Source of the DNA: Asterias rubens
Lineage: Eukaryota
Reading direction: 5' to 3'
Assembly (NCBI RefSeq): GCF_902459465.1
Contig: NC_047076.1
Span: 2,852,001 to 2,916,000 of the forward strand
Length of the DNA: 64,000 nt
The translations under genes and the position numbers were made by a program. Positions within the stretch are counted from its first letter, which is position 1, and each line of letters starts with the position of its first letter. A model generated the notes under the pieces. The model saw only the letters and a program-made list of their open reading frames with translations. It was not told the DNA's origin and did no database searches. Positions 22,001 to 34,265 of this stretch are shown here, piece after piece.

Positions 22001-24635
22001 TCTGCTTTAGGGGGGGGGGGGGATGGGGGAGGGGTACAAAGACAACCTTTCAATCCTTTCTCATCTTACTTATAGACATCTTTCAGTACTTTCTTGTCTT
22101 ACCTCTACAATGAGAACATCTTTGCCTTTAAGATCTGAGAGGTTGTCACTTCCAACTACTTTGATTTCTCCTGTTGATTTGTCATTCTGGGAAACAAATG
22201 ACAGAGGGAATTAAAACAAGTAGTTTATTATGCATTAGGCCTTGTACAAAATTAACAGCTTCTGGCTATGGCTAACTGAAATCAATGCATTATACTCCTA
22301 TAGGCCTACATCACCATTATAACCAAAATGCCATAGTCAGAACTAAAGTTGCATGACCTCATCAGCCAGAGCCTGGTTGGGTCTGGTTTTTCTTCCAGCT
22401 CAGCCACAACCACTTGACTGATAATCTGATGGCCTTTGACCCCTGTCGATCTAATTTGATGATCCATGACAAACACTTTACTCAGCGAGGAAAAGTTCAA
22501 CGACATGGAAACTTGAAAAGAATCAATTGATTATATAGGCCTATCTGACCTTCTTCATGGATAATTGAGTTTCCATCAATAAATTATTATTACTGGACAA
22601 ATAATCAGTCAATCAATAGGGAATAGATTGATCAAATTCTGTGTTAATTTTCTACTCATACCTCGTAGCTCTTCAGTCTGATAAAGTCCACCCGGAGCTG
22701 GACAGATCGTTCAGAATTTCTATTCAATGCCTTGATGTAGTCTAAAAGGTCCGAGCAGAATTTATAGCCGCCTTTGAGCACACACAGAACCACAAGCGCG
22801 TCTTGCCCCATGTCGTTTACAATGTCTCTGGCTAACCTCTCTGTCCTGCAAATTAAAGATTAAGATTTTAGATTACAAATATTTATTGTCATAATAAAAA
22901 AACATGAAATTTTTCTTCCCAAGGAGAATACACACAAATAAAGGCATAATAACAATAGAAAACGAAGAGATTTCAAACAGTTCATGGTGTGTTAGACATA
23001 AAAAAGCATTTTATGTGTGAATAGTTCAAGCATACTTTGCAGATCACTTTCTTGATATGACAGATCACCACTCTTAATGTTTAAACTTCAAGGGGGACTT
23101 AAGCAAATGTTTGGGCACATGCCCCTGTTAAGTTCACAGAAAGCACTTTGGCAAAAACTAGGGGCGTGCCTCCGTCAATCTCATGGAATGTATTTAATGA
23201 AGCACACCTGGGCAAGCCTCCTTGCCCCACCAGGGAAGCCTAATGCCTGCAAGCATACACTGGCCTCAAATTAACCAATGGCACCCACAGCAATTACCAT
23301 GGTTCCCTGTGCTTTTGCTGTGGTGACTTTTGCAAAGTTCTAACACAAAATTGACATTTTGCTCTATATAGAGGTGCCCTCACCAGAGCAAATTTGTTGC
23401 CCTGGTCTTTGCCTTTGTGCCTCTTCCAAGTCTCCCATAATTTTTTGAAAGATTTTCCAAAGGAAGAGGCTTACACAACATGCCATGAAAATGGGCCTGC
23501 TCTCTCAAAGACGATATTCCAATCTGTATGAGTCAGTCTAGTGAAAGTTATTTGAAGGCCAACATGGTTAAAAGATTAAGGACAGCCCAAAACACAATGT
23601 TCACCGCTACAGACCTGTCTGAGATCACCCCATATGGGATTAAGATTGATTCTAAGTCTTGTTCATAATGACGAGGGACGCAGAACATTTTCAGATCATA
23701 TCCGTTGTAATCATCTTCAATCTGGAAAGAAGAAACAGAGGCTCAATAAACGATGCTAGCACAGAAGAAACGCGAAGCATTAACTCATTCTACCTCATTG
23801 GCTGAATCTTGTTTAGCCAAGTTCTACCTTATTTAATATTAGGAAAACTCTGGGGTTACAGGGGCTAAATGTCTTGAACATCAGTCACACCTATGTAAGG
23901 AGCATTCCTTTCAACAATATGTACTTCAATCCATTCCATTCTAAGGTATAAGTTCCTTTGTCGAGACACAAACAAGAACTCTGCTGAGTCTGGCTCTGAG
24001 TCTTTAATACGCACACTAACACATACCCAATCTGACCCTCAAAATAAAAATTGCACTTGTTGTAGTACAATACAATAAAACTCAACTGCATATTTAGTGT
24101 GTAGTGAGCTATCCAATTGCATTATTTTTTTGTTATAGCAGTAAACAGAGACCTGCTAGTATTTGGCTGATGTGTGTATTGCATTACATTGCTCTAAAAC
24201 CTGAAAACAGCCACAAACAGTGAAACACAGACAAACAGTGAGTTGAGTTTTTGTTGTCTTTTGTCCAAAGTTCACCTAGTGAACTAAAGTAGTCATGATA
24301 GTACGTACGGTAGTTGTTGTTATTTACCTTTAATAAAGGCTTTATGAAATCTGTCATACTATTTATTATGAACAATACAACAAAAGTCCAAAACCCAACT
24401 GCATAGTGCGTAGTGAGCAAGGCAATTGCATTCTTTAATTTGTTTATTAGTATTGTAAACAGAGATCTAGTAACTGGCTGCTGTGTGTATTGCATTCCAT
24501 TGCTCTAAAACCTGAAAACAGTCACAAACACAGACAAACAGTGAGTTGGGTTTCTGTTGTCTTTTGATTTGTACAAAAAGTTCAGCTAAACTACAGTAAT
24601 TTAATTGTTGTTAGTACCTTTATGAAATCTGCCAT
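19071..24635 (-). CDS. HPRT1: Hypoxanthine-guanine phosphoribosyltransferase; exons (complement) 24618..24635, 23615..23721, 22662..22845, 22103..22186, 21499..21628, 20331..20407, 19071..19118; 215 aa
   Basis: All exons are GT-AG with compatible phases. Translation includes [18 protein letters not shown], the PRPP motif [28 protein letters not shown] and [23 protein letters not shown]. The 18-bp first coding exon is the least certain part (alternative copy at 24328..24357). Candidate 5' UTR exon donor aag|gtatgt at 24923/24922. Confidence 0.95.
20838..21362. mobile_element. Non-autonomous element without TTAA/CWG termini: direct repeats plus terminal ~165-bp hairpin
   Basis: taagacagtttcg..attcc repeated at 20838 and 20961; hairpin gggaatcaaagtgtg...cacattgactccc at 21196-21359. 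Superfamily not determinable from the sequence alone. Confidence 0.5.
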
Positions 24636-24650
24636 ACTGTTTATGAACTT
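24075..24650. repeat. About 310-bp tandem duplication including the first coding exon of HPRT1
   Basis: Two aligned units starting aaaac(t/c)caactgcata (~24077, ~24390) and ending tatgaaatctg(t/c)catact...ttatgaac (~24373, ~24648). Confidence 0.85.
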
Positions 24651-27302
24651 GTTACTTGGTCGCCAAGTAGGTGCTTTGTGGAAGAGTTAATTATTCTGCA
24701 AATTATGTCCAACTCTCTGAAATTCAAACAAAAAATACAACAGCACTGTCACTGTGAGCGTGGTATATAGCCTAGCTACATGCTGTGATTCAAAGAACAA
24801 AGCAAAGTTAACTATGACTTAATTTAGTAACATAAAATACAATTTTGATTGGTCGACGTGAAATTATAACATTTTTGAGCAAGGAAGAAAGACCTCCAAC
24901 TACAATTCATTAGTATACATACCTTTCAAGTTTTTACTAGTCTCTGACGGTCTACGTTCAATCAATGAAGTTTGTCTTAAGAAGAGACACCCTTTAGCTA
25001 GGCTCTCCGACCCACTAAATGGTAAGTAACCAGGTGTTTGATTGATAAGAGATTAAGAGGTCACCTTTTCATAATATTCTAGACATCACGCATCACGTAC
25101 AGACTGCATGCATTTGACATGGCGGGAGTTATTTCGCGAACTTTTTACCCAAATTGAGCTGGTGCTACAACGTTTACATTAGCTTATCACGTTAAGAGAC
25201 GTCCAGAAACTGCAAGATGTTGAGATGTTCGTTTTTTACAACAGCGCCACCACACGTTGAAACGTGACCAGTGCTAATTGACCGTGTCGAAATCAGAGCG
25301 ATCCTACAAACAAAGCCAAGTTGTTTTCAAACAAGTGGCCATTGAATATCACTTAGAGGTTGTTTAATTAGTTTTGGTCGATGACTCACCAACGAAGTAA
25401 ACAATTAAAGTTCTTCTTCTTTATGTGTACATGTACAATATTGTTTTATTTTTTTATTACAAAAACTAAATTTTGAGTTCTTTATATTTGTTCCACCTAG
25501 ATGTGGATCGATTGAGCAAAAACTTCGACAGGTTTTTGTTATTTCATGTATGTTGGGTCACTTCAAGTGTGGATACTGGTCTTTGACATTACCAATGTGG
25601 CACAAGTCCTTCAAAAGAAAATTGATTTATTGTAGTTGTTGGTTTTACTTAAACATGGATGCAGTTGCAGTGGAGCCTGATCAACAAAAATTAATAACAA
25701 ATGCACCGTGTTCACAAAATTGCTTCTACTTCCATGAACTCAGAAAAATGAAAATAGAAATGACTTGACTCTATTTTTTAGAAATAGAACATGTACCATT
25801 ATATCTTTTTGAATTTGTTTACCATTTTACAGCAATATGAGTGAAGTGATCACTGGAATCAAACAATAAACTTCACAATAAAGTTGAAATTGTTACTTTA
25901 AAAACATTTATTTAAGAACATTCCTGTATGTACAAGCATCTGTTATTTTCATCTATTTACAAAAAGTAGGCTCAAGTTTATTACACATGCTACGATAATG
26001 GCATGGATTGACTTGATAAAAATACAAAATTAAGAAATGGACGGATGCGGTATGGAGTACAGCTATACTAACAAAATTGATTTTTTTTAATTGTAAGGGC
26101 TCAAGATAAACTTTGCATGTAGAGAGACAAGTAATGCTTTATGCAAAGAAAGACAGTGTTTTTGGTCATTACCAAAGAAGTTGGGAATGCCCTCCTACAA
26201 ATGTTTTCAAGTTTTGACAGTTGACATGAATGTACTAATTAACAGTGTTAGTGTAGCCATTTTGTCCAGCACCCAGTATTTACCAGTGAGTTAGGCACCA
26301 ACCTGTTTTAAGAACCGTGAAATATATTCTGAAATGGCCACATGGCGATTGGCCTTATGTCTTCAAAGCCTCATAACATGATAGATCTTTTTTGTCCATA
26401 GGGTGAATATTCAACAACATGTACATCTCTGGACAGGGAAGATACAGGGAGGCATCAACAGAAAAAAAGGTTGACACATTGACTCCAGAAACTATTGTTG
26501 ATCATTAACCCTAACCATCCAGTTAGTCATCAACATCCAACAGCATGTTTTGTTTGATTCTGTTGGATTGCAGACTGCACTCAATGCTTTACACTGGAAC
26601 ATCTTCAATTCATTATACAGGAATCCTGTATTAAATGGTTAGGATAAAAAACACCATTGTTTAATTTCAGTCTGACAGATTACTGATTATGAAGTTTAAA
26701 CTAGAACAATTTTGATACCAAATATAACCTCTGAAATGAAGTTATATTTGAGAAAACTGCATCTGACAACAAAAAGGCAACATCAGTTGATGTTGGTTGT
26801 AAAAACCAAAATTAAGAACAATGTGTTTTCTTGCTGAAAATCGAGCATTGTTTTTCTTTTCTTTTTTTCTCCCAAGTCACACAACAGATAATGCCCAAAT
26901 TTTCACAGGTTTCATATAATGCACATGTATGTACGTATATGGTTGATTCCACAAAACATGAACACTGTATGTGGCTGCTTCACCAATTCTACCAATCCTG
27001 TTTGATACCTTTTACATAATGACATGGTGTTGGACATGTGAAAGAGTGAGGCAGAATCCTTAAATCAATCTAACAATCAATCCATTTGCCTTTTTGAGAT
27101 ATTTGCACTGTTTGGTTTGGGTTTACATATACAGACAAATTTACCTAAACCTAATGGTGCCGTAGTGTTGTGTCCACCATACCTCAAAATGGCTTACGGA
27201 CTTAGGGTTAATGATGCATAACAATTTCGTCTTGTAGCTCTTCACTGGGAGTCAGTCGTCCCATCTTACATAATGTCTTAAGTTCTCTGTATTAAGAAAC
27301 TC

Positions 27303-29538
27303 CTAGTGGTTAGAGATGTAAATGGTTTTGTGTTTCTCCAGAAGCTCAATGTCTCTCTCAAGCTGTTTCATCTCCGCCTCCATTCTTTCCTTGCGAGCCT
27401 TCTTAGGCGCTGTATCCGTCACGACCGACAGGCCTTGATACTGGTGATGGATCTCCTCCCAGTTTTTCTTGAGACCGTCGAGGACTAGTTGACGTTCCCC
27501 GTTGGTCAGCTGCTTCATAGCCCCTCGTCTGTAATGCTCTTTGATGTATTCGTCGTACTCCTCTTGTGCTTGTTTGACTTCGGCGTTTCGTCGACGGAGG
27601 TAGTCTGGAACATCACCGTAGCCCTGTGTAAATAAAAAATGTGATGTTGTTAGAGTTTGCTTTCAAGAGTTCAAGTGTAGCATTTCCTGAAGTGAAGCAT
27701 TTTCTGAATCTTGGTCTTAAAGGGAAGGTACTCATTTGGTAATTGTCAAAGACCAGTCTTCTCACTTGGTGTATCCCAACATAATATAAAATAACAAGCC
27801 TGTGAAAATTTGGGCTCAATCGGTTGCGAGAAAATGATGAAACAAAAAACACCCTTGTTAGACGAATTTGTGTGCTTTCAGATAGGAATAAAAGACTTCT
27901 AGCTGGAAGTCTTTTATTATTTTATTGAGAAAATACCTCTTTCTCAAAAACTACGTTACTATAGAAGGAGTTGTTTTCCACAATGTTTTAGACTATCAAC
28001 AGCTCTCCAATGCTCGTTACCAAGTCAGTTTTTAAGTTAATATTTGTTTTGAGTTATTACCAAACGTGTACCTTCCCTTTAAATCCAAGTTTCAAGAGTA
28101 CAGTGTATATTGCTATTCAAACCCATGTCTGTCCCAGGATTGAAAAAAAACTTAGGTATATTATTGGCGTACTCTCCTGTCCTATCGGCTCTAATACCAG
28201 AAAAGTCCACAGTAATGAACCATTAGGTTTTCCTATAATACCAGCTCTGTACAACAAACAGAAGAAACTCATGAACCCATTGCTAGCCTGGTGGTCTTTG
28301 ATACCCTTGTTTTAGAGGGTTTTAATTGCTAAATATGTCATCAAAACATGTGACATATCAAAACATCATTTTGCAGGATTTTTGTGAAAGTTAGGTTTAG
28401 AAAATCTGTTTTCTGATATTGGAAAAATAAACCACAAAAAAGTGTACATTTCTAATTAAATATTTCAGGAATGGAAAGTTTGTGACCGGACACCCACCTT
28501 CTTGTTCAAAAACTTCGGGACCAGACCAGAAGGTTCAAGTGGATGAGTCGACCCCTTTGCTGTGTCCACAAAGTTCGCCGCTGGTTTCTTCGGCACAGAC
28601 ATGATGTTTTCCACAGCGTTGGTCGTGATGAAATTCTTGTTAGATTTCAGGCCCATCAAAGGACGGTCTTCTTTCTTTGGTACCATGGGTTTTTTGGTGT
28701 CATCGTCGGGGTACTTGAAGGAGGTTTTGCCTGGCAGCACTGGTTCCTTGGAACGTTTGGCGAGGTACTCCCGTGGCGCGTTGAGATCCACCTTGGCTGG
28801 ACCCATTGTCTTGTTGGGCGATTTGTTGACTTTCTTTTCTTGTTTCACATCAGAGCGAAACTTTGACTGATATCTATCAAATAAATAGGAAAGATTCAAT
28901 TCACTTTTTAACAAATACAAAATTTAGACTTAGAGCACTTCCAAAAAAATGATGAAACAAGACTGGCATGATGTGCGGTAATCTTCAATTATTGAAGCAA
29001 CACTTGAAAGGAAGAAGAAGATGGAGACAGATTGACTTAAGGGCGGAGTTGACCGGAGAAAGAAAAAACAATGTTGTGTAGCATCTGCGATTTGATATTT
29101 GCTGTCTGAATCAATGGGAACATCTCCATTTATTTAATCAAAAATTGTAATTAAAAACCAAGCAACGACACAGATGAGAATTGAGATTTGAAAAACAATT
29201 AGTTTTGTTACCTCCCTGTTTTTTAATTCAGTAATTTATAATTTACATCAAATACATTTCTCTGCTGTATTGTGACATCAACGATTAGGCCCCGAGTTCT
29301 TGAATATAATTTACTTCACCAAATTCTGCTGCGTGTGTGCGATGATCGCACTAGCGGGTCGGTAGCAATTTGTTGGTGGGTGATTTTGACACGAAGGTCG
29401 GGCGTGTCGCTCAGCTCAGTCAGGGGGACGGACAACACGATTTTTAGGAAGCGGTTCTTACCTCGGATTTTTCGGTGGTTTTACCTCCTCCCGAGGGATA
29501 AGATTGTAGATACTCTCCGACATAACTTGGGTAGACAT
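27303..29538 (-). CDS. ENKUR: Enkurin (ciliary/flagellar microtubule inner protein); exons (complement) 29462..29538, 28498..28873, 27303..27623; 257 aa
   Basis: MSTQVMSESIYNLIPREE N-terminus; KTMGPAK; KNFITTNAVENIMSVPKKP; GYGDVPDYL; C-terminal enkurin domain GLKKNWEEIHHQYQGLSVVTDT...LERDIELLEKH; GT-AG junctions in phase. Confidence 0.93.
27721..28078 (+). mobile_element. Kolobok-like MITE family A variant in enkurin intron 2
   Basis: TTAA|AGGGAAGGTACTC...GTGTACCTTCCCT|TTAA. Confidence 0.8.
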
Positions 29539-30485
29539 CTTGAAGATTGTAATGGACTGGTAAAGAAGAGTTGATATGCAAAAACTGGGTATTTTTCAGT
29601 TGAAATACTGCTGTTGTTTCACTGCGAATTTAATGCACAGAGTGGTGTGTGACGTGTGTTTCCCCGTGTTTTGTGTACACAGAATTTTACCGCACGTTTC
29701 TACGTACAAAAACACACAATGATTTTGGGTCGCTAAGGCCTCCTGTTCGCGCAGGCGTAGTGCAGTTGCCAAACAAAATTAAAAAAATAGTTACCCTGTA
29801 CTTTCGCAAAATAAAAATCGGATCGTGCTTAAAAACATTTGAGTTGATTTTTTACAAAATGACAATAACTTCTTTAAAAAAAAACATTATTTAATCGATT
29901 AAAACATAAGGTATGTTTTTTGCTTCGTTTTATAACTGAAGTACAAATATATGGTTAATTTCACAAAATATGTATCTAAGCCTATTGGCATGCAGAGGCT
30001 ACCATAGTTTTTTTGTGGAGGCGCTTTAGAATAGACTTGCAGTCAAAAAGTCAACCACAGGTTTTAACGAAAATGTATATACATTTGGGGTCTATTATCA
30101 CTTAACTTCTTAATTGCGTCAGATTAAAGTCAGTATTTATCCATGTCTGACTTAAAGGTGAAAAATATTTACAATTAGAAGCTAACTTACATTTATTTAA
30201 ATAAAACATGCGTTACATAACTCCAAATAAAACCAAACGACTGGAAATAAAGGCTAGCCAAAGTATTTTTCAACCTCGCATCCACTTATTTTCAGCTACG
30301 TTGAGTCTAATGGGAAAACGCACAACATTTCTGAGAAAGAGGCGTGTGTCTTATGCATTATCGTCTGCAAAACACCATTTTGGACTTCGGCCTTTGAACA
30401 GTGGTTGTTAGTTTTCTTTTCTTCCCCAATTTTGGTGAACAAAAAAAATTGAAGACTGACCGGAGGAGTAGGCATGTTTTCCAGC
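29539..30485. promoter_or_regulatory. Candidate shared (bidirectional) upstream region of ENKUR and the DUF1295 gene
   Basis: Divergent start codons only about 950 bp apart; no transcription start site mapped. Confidence 0.5.
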
Positions 30486-33400
30486 ATGGGGTCTACAATG
30501 AGCATTCTAGCGAGGAGTGCTACGTGGGATTTTGCTATTCAGTGGGGACTTTTCGCCCTCGCTGCCGCACTCAAAACAGAAAAGTTTTACGATTTAGCAG
30601 GTAAAGTAAGCACATGCTTGACCGCCGGCGGGGACCGGACGCCGAGCACCCGCGCGGGGGCGCGTGCCGGGCACAGGAGGACAAATAAAATACTGAAATA
30701 ACATGTTGTTTGTTTTGCATAGTATAATTAGTAATGAGCTTATTTAGCCTGGTTTGTGTTTTACCATAGACTGTGTTGCTATATTTTCACAAATATATAG
30801 GGGGCCACGTTTTTTGTGAAAACAAAATTAATCTAAAATATCTAAATCGTGAAATTGAAAAATTCATGTTTTGTCAGAACATAGTCATAGATTTGTGTAT
30901 TTAATATCACTGCACTGCATACAGGTTTATTTTGAGCAATTAGTGCAGAATGCATAGAGTTGAAATTGTAACTCCTTGTAATAAAATAACGCTATTCTTA
31001 TTCTTATTCTTCTATTCTGATGATGTGAAGGCACTTTGAATAGCATTTGTAGTCAGCTGGAAAGGGAACTGATAATTCATTGTTAAAACAATATGAAACA
31101 ATTAAAGAGGCCGGAGGTGCAGGGGGCAGAGGGGGACAGCTTATACAGGACACTGAAGTAATCACATCGACATGCTGACCGTGCCTTTTTATCAGCCACC
31201 TGTGAATAATTTATTATTATGGACAATCAGCATCCAATCCAACATTGTGAATCAATGGAAAGGGCAAACTTCAATTCAAAGGTTGACTCCAATGTTGCCT
31301 CATGTCCCATTCTGACAGAATTATTGCCTTCTTATCTTACAGGTAGTGGTACATTTCTTCTGCTGACCTACCAGACCCTGAAATGGGGAGGGACGCAACA
31401 TTTTCGTCAGACTGTTCAGAGCGGAATGGTTGGTGTTTGGGCCCTTAGGTAGGTTAAGTTACATCTCTGCCTCTGCCAGATCTACCCCTGCCAAAAAGAG
31501 AAAGAAATATGTACCGGAGAGTGGAGGATAACGGAGGGTCTCTCGCCAAGGGGGTTCACATGCCTGATGCTACATGGAGGGAATGTAAGCAATTGCTTCC
31601 AGTGCCACTGGTCATTGCCTTGGACGGTGCCCCTAGAAATGTTCAAAATAGAATTTATACATGTAAATGCCTCATCATAGAGGTGCCCTTTACCAAGAAG
31701 AAATTGCCTTGGTGACTGTGCCCTTTCTAAAAATGAAGCCTCGGCCTGAGTTTTTTTTATCAACTGATTTTGAATTTTTTGTTCCAGGCTCGGGATGTAT
31801 TTATTTTCCCGTATCATGGGTGATGGTGAGGATCGTCGCTTCAGACAAGCGAAGGAAAACTTGGGTCTTTTCTTCGTCTTCTGGACAGTGCAAGGTAAAT
31901 ATTGGTACTCTCAACAGCATCAAGTAAAATTCCTGTAGTAAAGTCCGGTCATACTTCCTGTGAATGTTTCGACCATCAGGTTGGTGTATAAAATCATCTT
32001 TATTTGAAACAATTGTTAGCTTGGCCTGACGTTTTGACCCTAGCAGAGTCATTCTTGAAGTCTCGACCCGAACCCTTTGAGAAGGTCGAAGCGTATGGCC
32101 ATTAACAAACATCATTTTCCCTCAATAACGATTACTTTTGTCTTGTTTTGGTTTTTAAATTTATTTGCAGCGATTTGGGTGTGGATTACTCTACTTCCCA
32201 CTCAGATTCTGAATGCTGAGAGAAAGGACAAACCTATTGGAATGAGAGATTACATTGGGTGGGGACTGTTTGTGGTTGGTTTCATCCTGGAGGCGACGGC
32301 AGACTACCAAAAAGCAGCTTTCAGACAAGACCCTAACAATGTGGTATGTGGTTGCCGTGTTTTAGTTTTATATTGTATTCATTAAAGATGCTATGTCAGA
32401 TTTTGGCCGATTTGACCCCAAAATTTTGGTTTAAAATTCATTAGGTATTTTGATTGGGGTCGAGAAAGTAACAAGCTTTCATTTCAGCCATTGCTCGAAA
32501 AAGTCCGCCAATTATTAGTAGCAACTAGCAGTGAAATAAAGTGCTCAAAATTAGTTTTTGTCGGGATCCTGACAATATATTACGTGACCAATTCTTATGT
32601 GTTTTATAAGAAACGTTTTAAACTTTTGTCATGGTTCCTGACCATTAAAAGTAAAAGTTAAACTTTTTTTCGATGGCGGGTGATACTCTTTGAAATACCA
32701 TTCACTCAAAAAATCTATTTTTTAATGTTTGGGGCCAAAAATCTTACATAGCATCTTTAATTCTATTACACATCTAATGGCATAATTAGGGCAAGGCCTC
32801 ATAATAGGATGCATAGGAAACGAGAAGTAATGTTTATGTGGGAGGAAGTTCCAAGTTGGGGTGGAAAATTACCTCTTTTTCTAAAACTACATTACTTCAT
32901 GGGGGGTTAGCCCTAGCAAATATTTATAATATCAACTGCTCTCCAGTGCTCTGTACCAAAGTAAGTTTCTATGGTCATTAACTTGTGAAGTAATTACCAA
33001 AAGCACGACCTGTCTTAAAGCCATTGGACCCTTTCAGTACAGAAAAAAAAAAGTTTACAGATTTACAAATAATTTACAGGGTTTACAGAAGGTAATGGTG
33101 AAAGACTTCTCTTGAAATATTAGTCCATGAAATGCTTTACTTTTTGAGAAAACGGTAAAACAATATAAATTCTTGTTAGCGAGAATTACGGATTGATTTT
33201 AAACACATGTCATGACACGGCGAAACGCGCAGAAACAAGAGTGGGTTTTCCCGTTATTTTCTCCCGACTCGGATGACCGATTGAGCCTAAATTTTTACAG
33301 GTTTGTTATTTGATATATAAGTTGTGATACACGAAGTGTGGGACTTGGACAATACTGTTTACCAAAAGTGTATAATGGCTTTAAATGGGCATATAATGCG

Positions 33401-34121
33401 TTTCATGTAGTGCACTAAGCTAAATTAGTCACAAGAACTATCTCTACCCTCACAGGTACTCAATTACCCCTGGTTAATGAGAACCAGCTATAGTTAAATG
33501 TCTTGCTTAAGGACACAATTGTCATGACCAGGATTCGAACCCACACCTTTATGACTCATCAGCAACCAGATCTTGAATCTAATGCACTAAACATCTCGGC
33601 CAAGACATACTTGTTATTTTCATTTTTAAAGCGGGCCTTGAACGTTGCTATTGAAGAGGCATGGCAGTTTCCCTCTGGTAAGGAGCGCTTCTACATGTAT
33701 GAGGAAAATGTAAATTTTGTTTTGGAACTTTGCAAAGAGCACCACAGCAACAGCACAGGGCACCACAGCAATTGCTGCAGGTGACGTTGGGTTTTCGAGC
33801 CCTATTAAAGTAAATAATTTGTTTCCACTCTGTTTCATGAAACAGGGCAAGTTCATCAACACCGGCCTATGGAGCGTCAGCCGTCACCCCAACTACCTCG
33901 GAGAGATCCTGATATGGTCAGGTCTCTACATCTCCGCCTCGTCAGTCATGTCCGGTAAGCAGTATCTTAGCGTCATCTCCCCCATCTTCGTCTACTTCCT
34001 CCTGACTCGGGTGAGCGGCATTCCCCTGCTCGAGAAGTACGGCCTGAAGAAGTGGGGGAGCAACCATATGTATCAGAATTACCTTCAGAAGACCCCGGTG
34101 TTGTGGCCGAAGCTCTGGTAG
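30486..34121 (+). CDS. DUF1295 family integral membrane protein (steroid 5-alpha-reductase/ICMT-like superfamily); join(30486..30600, 31343..31448, 31788..31894, 32171..32343, 33846..34121); 258 aa
   Basis: Motifs KTEKFYDLAGSG, WALRLGMYLFSRIMGDGEDRRF, FWTVQAIWVW, EATADYQK, GLWSVSRHPNYLGEI and VSGIPLLEK; all junctions GT-AG and phase-compatible. Confidence 0.9.
32386..32756. mobile_element. Kolobok-like MITE (AGATGCTATGT termini)
   Basis: TTAA|AGATGCTATGT...ACATAGCATCT|TTAA. Confidence 0.75.
33019..33380 (-). mobile_element. Kolobok-like MITE family B
   Basis: TTAA flanks at 33015-33018 and 33381-33384; homologous to the other B copies. Confidence 0.85.
33400..33607 (-). mobile_element. tRNA-derived SINE fragment
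   Basis: Minus strand reads tcttggccgag (A-box-like)...gggttcgaatcc (B-box)...gtgtccttaagcaagacatttaac, a typical SINE head-body junction; no acceptor stem or CCA. Confidence 0.65.
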
Positions 34122-34265
34122 TGCCTCGAGCTCTGGTAGTGCCCCAAGCTCTGGTAGTGCCCCAAGCTCTGGTAGTGCCCTAAGCTTTGGTAATGCCTCA
34201 AGCTCTGGTATTGACTCAGAATTATCTTCAGAAGGCCCCGGTGTTGTGGCCAAAGCTGTGGTAGT
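34106..34265 (+). repeat. 18-bp tandem array plus 49-bp duplicate derived from the 3' end of the DUF1295 CDS
   Basis: Unit gccNNaagctctggtagt about 6 times; 34217-34265 repeats 34074-34122 with 4 mismatches. Confidence 0.9.

Noticed and set aside
29740-29775. X-box upstream of enkurin (gttgccaaacaa)
   Set aside because: Only a half-site; insufficient match.
33500-33607. tRNA gene
   Set aside because: Only A/B-box-like motifs followed by a SINE body; no cloverleaf could be built.
34106-34212. 18-bp repeats (and the 20-bp repeats at 57141-57200) as a CRISPR-like array
   Set aside because: The units are contiguous with no unique spacers, no cas genes are present and the context is eukaryotic.
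33942-34253. Minus-strand ORF with ELEALP/ELGALP repeats
   Set aside because: It is the antisense reading of the 18-bp array and the last DUF1295 exon; no independent coding evidence.
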